A stretch of 61,573 nucleotides of DNA from Candidatus Methylomirabilota bacterium (GTDB lineage Bacteria > Methylomirabilota > Methylomirabilia > Rokubacteriales > CSP1-6), in contig DASRIY010000377.1 of the NCBI GenBank assembly GCA_035649755.1, positions 1 through 61,573 on the forward strand, in the 5' to 3' direction. Every line of letters begins with the position of its first letter. The first letter of the stretch is position 1. The notes beneath the pieces were generated by a model that did not search any database, had not been told where the DNA came from, and saw nothing but the letters and a program-made list of their open reading frames with translations. A program made the position numbers and the translations under genes. Positions 26,797 to 32,783 of the stretch are shown one piece after another.

Positions 26797-27975
26797 GTGG
26801 ACGAACCGGCGCTGACCCTCATCGGGGGCCAGCCGCTCACGGCGGACGTCGCGCGGCGGCTCCCCCAGGGTGTGGTGGTCAGGTTGATGGTCGACCAGCC
26901 GGCCGTCCGGCCCGTCGACGTCGGCGACGTCGTCGAGGTCCTCCCCGGCGACGGCGCCCGCCGCGGCGACACCGTGCTCTTCGCCCACGACGGCCGGTGC
27001 GAGCTCGCACGCCTCATCCGGCGCGCCGGCTCCAGCGTCGACATCGCGGTGGGCCCCGAGGGGCGGCGCATCTCGCTTTCGGCCGGCGCCGTGCTCGGCG
27101 TCGCGAGCGCGCTCGAGCAGGGCGATCTGCTCTTCGATCTCTCGCGCGGGCGCTGGCGCGCGGCCGGCCGGATGGCGGCGGCCTTCCCGGCCGGGATGGG
27201 CCCGCTGCTGGGATTTATGGCGCGGCTCGAGCGACTGCGCCGGCCGTTCTTTCCTCCGCTCTTCATGGGCGGCGAGCAGCAGATTCTAGATCGGCTGACG
27301 GAGGCCTACGACGTGGAGGCGGAGATCATCGGCCGTGAGACCGCGCTCCTGCCGGAGGAGCAAGCCCTGCTTGAGCGTTACCTGAGGCGCGGCAGCCGAC
27401 TCCTCGATGTGGGCTGCGGCGCGGGCCGCGAGGCGGTGGGGTTCACGCGGGCCGGGCTCTCCGTAGTGGGGATCGACGTGGCGCCGGCCATGATCGACCG
27501 GGCCCGCGAGCGGGCGCAAGCCGCGGGGCTCGCGATCGAATTCGTGGTCGGTGAGCCCCTGACCTGGCCGGCGCCCGGCGCGCCGTTCGACGCGATCTAC
27601 TTCAGTCCCGGGATCTATTCGCACATCCCCGGTCGTGCCCGACGCGTGCGAACGCTGGCTCGGCTGCGCGGCCTTCTGGCCCGCGGCGGGCTGATCGTCC
27701 TCGGGCCGATCCTGTCGCCGCCGCTCCCGCGCCTCTCGCGCACCCGGCTGGTCGATGCGCTGCGCCGCGTCGGCCGGGCCGTCGGCGTCCGGCGGCTCGC
27801 CGAGCCGGGCGACCATTACTATCGCGGCCACGCGCTCGAGCGCACACCTGTGTCGTATCGCTACGTCCACCGTTTCCGTGACGGCGCTGAAGCCGAGGCC
27901 GAGCTGGCCGACGCGGGCCTGCGGGTGACCGATCGCCTCGACGAGACCTGCTGGATCGCGCGCCCGGCTATCTGA
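26797..27975 (+). CDS. Two-domain protein: N-terminal S24/LexA-like beta-barrel-like region plus class I SAM-dependent methyltransferase
   Basis: GTG 26797 with GGAAAGG upstream. The C-terminal half has motif I LLDVGCGAGREA and post-I VVGIDVAP. The N-terminal ~110 aa (GDVVEV...GDTVLFAHDGRCELARLIRRAG) resembles the peptidase encoded at 32301-32756 but lacks the GxSM motif. Confidence 0.7.
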   Translation: MDEPALTLIGGQPLTADVARRLPQGVVVRLMVDQPAVRPVDVGDVVEVLPGDGARRGDTVLFAHDGRCELARLIRRAGSSVDIAVGPEGRRISLSAGAVLGVASALEQGDLLFDLSRGRWRAAGRMAAAFPAGMGPLLGFMARLERLRRPFFPPLFMGGEQQILDRLTEAYDVEAEIIGRETALLPEEQALLERYLRRGSRLLDVGCGAGREAVGFTRAGLSVVGIDVAPAMIDRARERAQAAGLAIEFVVGEPLTWPAPGAPFDAIYFSPGIYSHIPGRARRVRTLARLRGLLARGGLIVLGPILSPPLPRLSRTRLVDALRRVGRAVGVRRLAEPGDHYYRGHALERTPVSYRYVHRFRDGAEAEAELADAGLRVTDRLDETCWIARPAI

Positions 27976-29110
27976 GCTGTCGCACCATTCGCCAGCAGAC
28001 GCGGACCGGATGCAATGCGCGATAGACGGGAACCTGCCACGGCGCATCGATCGAATAGTGAAGCCTGAGCCAGGTGGCCGACGGAAAGAAGGTCCACGCA
28101 AGCACGCGCAGCACGTCGACGCCGCGGTCCATCAGGAGCGTCTGCGCCGGATAGATGCGCGCCTCGCTGAGCGAGGCGCCGAGGCTCGGCGGCCATGACG
28201 AGTCGATGCAGGCAACGACGGCCGCCCGGCGCAGCCGGCCCAGCGTGATGCGGTCGGCGAGGCCGGCTGGCAGCGGGGTTCCGAACGAGGCGCTGACGAC
28301 GCCGAGCGTCCAGTCGAGGAGAGCGCCGATGCGCCAGCGCCGGGCTTCATCCACGATGCGGCTCCAGTCGAGCTCGCGAGCGTGCCCGCGAATCAGCGCG
28401 TCGATGTCCGCATACCAGAGGACACGGGCGAAGTCGGAGCCGAGCGTGAGGTGCAAGACCAGGTGCAGCAGCGTGTCCTCGGGGCAGAGCGCCAGGCTGC
28501 GCCCCTCGGCCAGAGCGAGCGGGCGCGCCCGGCTCCAGAGCCCCTCGTGGTCGACGCGCACGACGCCGTCGAAGCGGAGATAGCGCGCGATGTCCCAGTG
28601 AAGATCGAGGAGAACTCCGTCGCGGACCAGCTCGGCGAAGCACCGCGATTCCCCGAGGCGCTCGGCCTCAGGCCCAGGCGTCCGATAGCCGAGCCGGGCG
28701 AGCACCGCGATCGCGCGAAGTCGATCAGCGGGTCGCACCAGCAGGTCGATGTCGGCCATCGGCCGCAATCCCGGCTCGGGATAGACGGTGTGCGCGAGCA
28801 CGATGCCCTTGAGGGTGATGGTCTCGATCCCGGCCTCACGCAAGGCACTCGTGGCCTCACCCCAGCGCGCGGCGAGCGCGGCGCCGCGCGCCCAGAGGCT
28901 TTGCGCGCCGGCCGTCAGTCGTCGCTGCGCTTGGGATGGCAGATGGCGAAGCAGATCGAGCCGGCGGAGGTTCCAGTGAACGAGAGGGACAACGCCCTCG
29001 CCATGAGCGCGGTCGACGAGGAGGCTCCAGTCGACGGGACCGGCGGCGATCTCGGCAAGCCGGCGATCGGCGCTCGTGTCGGGCGCGGCCCGAGCGCCCA
29101 GGAGGAGCAC
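27968..29110 (-). CDS. Nucleotidyltransferase family protein (NTP_transf_5 / PF14907-like)
   Basis: Typical layout: ...IAAGPVDWSLLVDRAHGEGVVPLVHWNL...TLKGIVLAHTVYPEPGLRPMADIDLLVRP...LDLHWDI. Start set at GTG 29110 (AGGAGG 5 nt upstream). The track ORF extending to 29431 overlaps the precursor and the rSAM 3' end. Confidence 0.7.
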   Translation of the reverse strand: MLLLGARAAPDTSADRRLAEIAAGPVDWSLLVDRAHGEGVVPLVHWNLRRLDLLRHLPSQAQRRLTAGAQSLWARGAALAARWGEATSALREAGIETITLKGIVLAHTVYPEPGLRPMADIDLLVRPADRLRAIAVLARLGYRTPGPEAERLGESRCFAELVRDGVLLDLHWDIARYLRFDGVVRVDHEGLWSRARPLALAEGRSLALCPEDTLLHLVLHLTLGSDFARVLWYADIDALIRGHARELDWSRIVDEARRWRIGALLDWTLGVVSASFGTPLPAGLADRITLGRLRRAAVVACIDSSWPPSLGASLSEARIYPAQTLLMDRGVDVLRVLAWTFFPSATWLRLHYSIDAPWQVPVYRALHPVRVCWRMVRQLR

Positions 29111-29148
29111 GCAGGCCTCCTGATCGGGCGCCAGCGGCGTCGACGGGT

Positions 29149-29310
29149 CTAGGAGGTCGAGCTGGTTCGCGACCCTTTCCCCATCGAGGTACGCTGGGCG
29201 GCGCTGCAGGTGCCGGTGGTCGCGCGGCAGCAGGTGGTCGTGTCGGCCCCGAAGATGCTGCTGGGCTCCAGCGTCGGTTTCTCGTACGGGCGCTTCTCCT
29301 GGGTGGCCAC
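29149..29310 (-). CDS. Putative RiPP precursor peptide (53 aa)
   Basis: GTG 29310 lies 6 nt after an AAGGAG that sits in the last codons of the rSAM gene. GC3-rich codons throughout. Peptide: M/V-ATQEKRPYEKPTLEPSSIFGADTTTCCRATTGTCSAAQRTSMGKGSRTSSTS. It appears in the track only as the tail of a 387-aa spurious ORF (29149..30312). Confidence 0.6.
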   Translation of the reverse strand: MATQEKRPYEKPTLEPSSIFGADTTTCCRATTGTCSAAQRTSMGKGSRTSSTS

Positions 29311-29312
29311 CC

Positions 29313-30446
29313 TCAACTCCTTTCGGCGGTGCGAATCTGGTAGAGGCGTCGATTGGCGCCGGCGACGGTCCTCGCCCGCTCGTGGCAGCGCTTCCAGTCG
29401 CCGTCGGCGCGGTCGAGCAGGTTGTCGCCATGACAGCGGTTGCAGAAGCCGACCAGCTCGCACGACGCGCATTCCGGCAGATCGGCGTAGCGCTGGACCG
29501 AGAGCAAATCGCGAATCGCGGGCGGCGGCGAGGTCCAGAGCTCGCGGAACGGTGTCTGGCGGACGTTGCCGATCGGCACCCGGAACGCGATGCACGGGTA
29601 GACGTTGCCGTACGGGTCGATGCAGCAGCCGTTGGTCGCCGGGCCGCAGGTCCCGCGCTGGAGGGCGACGTCCTCGGGCCGGCCTTCCTGCGGATCGAGC
29701 TGCTCGCTCCATCGGGAATCGCGCATGTACTGGAACAGCTCGTCGGCGTCGAGCTGGTACTCCTGGGGTACGTGGCCGTCGCGGGGCACGGTACCGTCGA
29801 TTCGCGGGCTCACCTCGCAGCTGTAGGTGTGGGTGAAGACGCCGAGGTCCTTGCCCAGCCGGTCGAGCGCGGCGAGCCCGGCGAGGTTCGGCTTCATCAC
29901 GACCGTCTTGAGGTAGACCCGCACGCCGTGGCGCTGCAGGCGCTCGATCGCCGCCATGAGACGCCGGAAGGATCCCGGCACCCGCGTGATCGCGTCGTGC
30001 ACCTCCGGGTCCGCCGAGAAGATCGAGAGCTCCACCGTCAACGGCTCGAGCGCGGCCAGGCGCTCCACCTTCGCCTCGGTGAGGCCGATGCCGTTGGTGA
30101 AGACGCGGTAGGCAAAGCCGCGGCGACGCGCGTGCTCGGCGATGTCGAAGAAATCGGGCCGCACCATGACCTCGCCGCCCGACAGCGTCAGGTAGAGCCC
30201 GCCCATGTCGGCCAGCTCGTCGAGCACATGACGGATCTCGTCGAGCGTCAGCTCGCGGCGGCGCACCTCCCGCTCGCGCCCGTGCTCGACGACGCAGTAG
30301 CAGTGCACGCACTGCTCGTTGCAGCGATAGGTCAGCTCGAGGTGGACGTTGAGCGGCGTGCGGTTGCGGTCCGCCTTGGCGCTGATGAGCGCCAGGAGCG
30401 ACTGGTCGCCGAGGCCGGCGTTCTGGGCGCAGCCTTCGAAGATCAT
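29313..30446 (-). CDS. Radical SAM enzyme with C-terminal SPASM domain (peptide maturase type)
   Basis: CNEQCVHC (CX3CX2C) near the N-terminus. SPASM cysteines: CGPATNGCCIDPYGNVYPC ... CASCELVGFCNRC. ATG 30446 overlaps the PqqD stop (ATGA). Confidence 0.9.
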   Translation of the reverse strand: MIFEGCAQNAGLGDQSLLALISAKADRNRTPLNVHLELTYRCNEQCVHCYCVVEHGREREVRRRELTLDEIRHVLDELADMGGLYLTLSGGEVMVRPDFFDIAEHARRRGFAYRVFTNGIGLTEAKVERLAALEPLTVELSIFSADPEVHDAITRVPGSFRRLMAAIERLQRHGVRVYLKTVVMKPNLAGLAALDRLGKDLGVFTHTYSCEVSPRIDGTVPRDGHVPQEYQLDADELFQYMRDSRWSEQLDPQEGRPEDVALQRGTCGPATNGCCIDPYGNVYPCIAFRVPIGNVRQTPFRELWTSPPPAIRDLLSVQRYADLPECASCELVGFCNRCHGDNLLDRADGDWKRCHERARTVAGANRRLYQIRTAERS

Positions 30447-30754
30447 CGGCTCTCTCCCTTGCGCCGGCGCTCGACGGAGACCAGCTTCGCGTCGGCGAGC
30501 CGCTCGATGAACTCCACCGTATCGGCGCGGATGGTCGCCTCGGGCGCCGCGAACTCGCCCGCCACCACGCCCACGATGTCGTCTACGCTGCGCGCGCCGT
30601 CGCACAGCTCCCAGATCCGCGCGCCGACGCTGTTGAGAGGATAGAGCAATCCGCTCTTGACGTCCACGACGAGCGCCTCCGTGTCGAGCGTCCGCCACGG
30701 CATCGACCGGCGACGCGGAAACGCCTCAGCCCAGTCCATCTCAGTCCAGTCCAT
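30443..30754 (-). CDS. PqqD-family protein (RiPP recognition element)
   Basis: ~100 aa with ...VVDVKSGLLYPLNSVGARIWELCDGARSVDDIVGVVAGEFAAPEATIRADTVEFIERLADAKLV, the classic PqqD/RRE pattern. Alternative ATG at 30739. Confidence 0.8.
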   Translation of the reverse strand: MDWTEMDWAEAFPRRRSMPWRTLDTEALVVDVKSGLLYPLNSVGARIWELCDGARSVDDIVGVVAGEFAAPEATIRADTVEFIERLADAKLVSVERRRKGESR

Positions 30755-31613
30755 CGAGGTACTCCCAGAGCTCGGCGCGCGGGGCGAAGGCCAGCTCGTA
30801 CGCCGGCGTCCGCTCGGCCAGCGCCGCGAGCGCGCCCAGGAGCTCTGCGGCGACGCGCGGGTCGCGCTTGGGCAGCATGACCTCCGGGAAGGCGCGGGCG
30901 ACCGTCTCGGCCGGCGAGAGACGCCGATGCGAGAAGCGCTCGGCCTTGCGGAGAAAGCAGAGACCTCCCAGCGGCGCGCGCCGGTTGGCGCGGGCCATCC
31001 CGGGTCCGCCCGAGCCGTAGAACGGCGTGGCGTGCGCACTGTAGGCGCGCGGCCCCGGCCGCAGCGCGATCGTCTCGTCGTTGAGGACCGGGCGAATGCC
31101 GGCCAGCTGCGCGATGGTGGTTTTGCCGCTCCCGGACGGTCCCGAGAACACCCAGGCGCGCCCGCGCACCACAACGGCCGAGGCGTGGAGCAGGACTCCG
31201 CCGGCCCGCGCGAGGAGGAACCCGCACAGCATGCGAAACAGGTCGGGGTTGAGCGCCGGGCCCGGGCCCACCCTGAAGCGCACGCGGCGGCCGGCCAGGT
31301 CGCCGGTGGCGCGCGAGGGATGGCTGGCGAGCGAGAAGTGGCCGTTACACCACGTCGCGAGCGGACGGGCCACGCGTCCCCGGCGGTAGCGCTCGGTTGC
31401 GGCCACCGCGACGGTGACCGTCGGCACCCGCCGCGAGACGAACGGCGCGAAGCGCTCGGCGACCCACGCCCGATCGGGCGCGGCGAGGCCCGTCACGCGA
31501 AAGACGAATCCGGCGACCTCGATGCAAGGCGCGCCCTCAGCCAACGACCGTAATCCATAGGCGCGGCTCGGCCGGCGGGGCCCCAGCCCCGCGACGGCCT
31601 GCAGCGCGCACAT
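30741..31613 (-). CDS. HPr kinase/phosphorylase-related kinase (HprK C-terminal-like, P-loop present)
   Basis: LLHASAVVVRGRAWVFSGPSGSGKTTIA...LNDETIAL is HprK-like. Alternative TTG start at 31544 would give an 8-nt overlap with the upstream gene instead of 77 nt. Confidence 0.7.
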   Translation of the reverse strand: MCALQAVAGLGPRRPSRAYGLRSLAEGAPCIEVAGFVFRVTGLAAPDRAWVAERFAPFVSRRVPTVTVAVAATERYRRGRVARPLATWCNGHFSLASHPSRATGDLAGRRVRFRVGPGPALNPDLFRMLCGFLLARAGGVLLHASAVVVRGRAWVFSGPSGSGKTTIAQLAGIRPVLNDETIALRPGPRAYSAHATPFYGSGGPGMARANRRAPLGGLCFLRKAERFSHRRLSPAETVARAFPEVMLPKRDPRVAAELLGALAALAERTPAYELAFAPRAELWEYLDGLD

Positions 31614-32316
31614 CCGCAGCTCTAGCCGCTCGCCGTGCTGAGCGCCGCGGCCGGCCTGCGGGCGCCGAGACGATCAGGCTTGCCAGCTCCAGGGTGCGTA
31701 CGACCGCTTCGCGGCGGCGGTCGGCCTGCCACACGGCCGGAAGCATGGTGGCGAGGGCACGCGCGCCCCCGGCCGCCGTCTTGAACGAGACGTCGCCGGA
31801 AGCGATCAGGGCGCTGCGAGCCCGGCCCCGAGCGGGCAACGGCGTAGCGGGATCGACGAACGGCGTGAGACGCATGGTCGTCCCGTCTGATCGCGGCGTG
31901 GCCGCGACGTAACCCGCTGGAGCGCGAAGCAACAGCGTGTCGCGCTCCAGAAGCCACAGCGCCGAGAGCGTGCGCATCATGTTGGCCACGCCGAAGCCGC
32001 CGGCAATCCGCACCGCCGCACGGCCGCGACGCACGTCGACCGTCGCGCGGTAGTAGCCGGTCGTCACCAGGAGGCTCCGGCCGTGTCGGCGCACGCGCGG
32101 GGTATCGTCGACGGTCTCCTCGTCCGCCGGCGCGCCGGCGCGACGCCGGAAATTGTCGTCGTAGGTGATCGAGACCGTCACGTCAGGACGCCGAGTGGTC
32201 AGGAATTCGGGGCGATCTCGGGCCCAGAACCCGGGCTTGGGATTACGGGACACGAGGCGGAACGCGATGCCTGCGATGTCGACGGTGTCGGCGTAGGAGC
32301 TCAGGCGCGCCGCCAT
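31537..32316 (-). CDS. HprK-related paralogue lacking a Walker A motif (pseudokinase-like)
   Basis: Its N-terminus MAARLSSYADTVDIAGIAFRLVS parallels EGAPCIEVAGFVFRVTG of the downstream kinase. The equivalent of the P-loop region reads LLLRAPAGYVAATPRSDG. ATG 32316 overlaps the peptidase gene by 16 nt. Confidence 0.5.
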   Translation of the reverse strand: MAARLSSYADTVDIAGIAFRLVSRNPKPGFWARDRPEFLTTRRPDVTVSITYDDNFRRRAGAPADEETVDDTPRVRRHGRSLLVTTGYYRATVDVRRGRAAVRIAGGFGVANMMRTLSALWLLERDTLLLRAPAGYVAATPRSDGTTMRLTPFVDPATPLPARGRARSALIASGDVSFKTAAGGARALATMLPAVWQADRRREAVVRTLELASLIVSAPAGRPRRSARRAARAADVRAAGRRGAGAPPAEPRLWITVVG

Positions 32317-32756
32317 GCGCGCCGGCGTGCCGATGCCAGCGCCGCGCCCCCGAGCGAAAGCGCCGCCTTGACGGCGGCCTGGGCGCGACGCGCCGGTCCC
32401 GTCAGGTCGACCACCGCGCCATCGCGCTCGAGGGCCGTCACGACCCCGAGGACCTGAGCGGGCCGCACGTGCTCCGGCCCCGCGCCGCGGTGATCGGCTC
32501 GGGTCATCAGGAGGGCGCCCCGGCGGCCGATCATGCGATGACAGACGACAGTCCCCTCGCACTCGTACGCGAGCAGGTCGCCGAAGCGGACGCGAGCGGC
32601 AGGGGCCACGAGGATCCGCGAGCCGCTCGCCAGCAGCGGCCGCATGCTCCTGCCGCGCACCGGAAGCCAGGTCGGCTCGCCGGAGTCGATCCGCTCGCGG
32701 ACGACCTCGGTGACCAGCGGGCGCCACACGGCAGAGACGAGCGCCATCAGCGTCAT
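32301..32756 (-). CDS. S26/S24-family serine peptidase-like protein (Sec11/SipW-like Ser-His signature)
   Basis: 151 aa; VRGRSMRPLL (GxSMxP nucleophile motif) and VVCHRMIGRRG (resembles the IVHRV motif of ER/archaeal-type signal peptidases). First gene of the operon. Confidence 0.55.
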   Translation of the reverse strand: MTLMALVSAVWRPLVTEVVRERIDSGEPTWLPVRGRSMRPLLASGSRILVAPAARVRFGDLLAYECEGTVVCHRMIGRRGALLMTRADHRGAGPEHVRPAQVLGVVTALERDGAVVDLTGPARRAQAAVKAALSLGGAALASARRRAWRRA

Positions 32757-32783
32757 CCTACTATCTATAGCTACGCATCCGCT
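32757..32783. promoter_or_regulatory. 27-bp AT-rich divergent intergenic region with a palindromic -10-like core
   Basis: CCTACTATCTATAGCTACGCATCCGCT. On the minus strand TATAGA lies 7 nt upstream of the peptidase ATG (leaderless geometry). On the plus strand TATAGC lies 12 nt upstream of the GGT ATG. Confidence 0.35.

Noticed and set aside
29149-30312. 387-aa ORF overlapping the radical-SAM gene in another frame.
   Set aside because: Only its last 53 codons (29310-29149), which lie outside the rSAM gene and have their own SD and GTG, look coding. The rest is Arg/Pro-rich shadow of the rSAM frame.
27968-32756. Interpretation of the locus as a lasso-peptide cluster.
   Set aside because: No Asn-synthetase-like cyclase or transglutaminase-like B2 protease is present. 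The putative core has no Asp/Glu to form the macrolactam. A radical-SAM/SPASM enzyme occupies the maturase position instead.
32469-32783. N-terminal 105-aa extension of the GGT ORF given in the track.
   Set aside because: The extension overlaps the peptidase gene on the other strand and is compositionally junk. The conserved GGT sequence begins right after ATG 32784 (MIARMTVPTRW...GGLVAAPHALAA).
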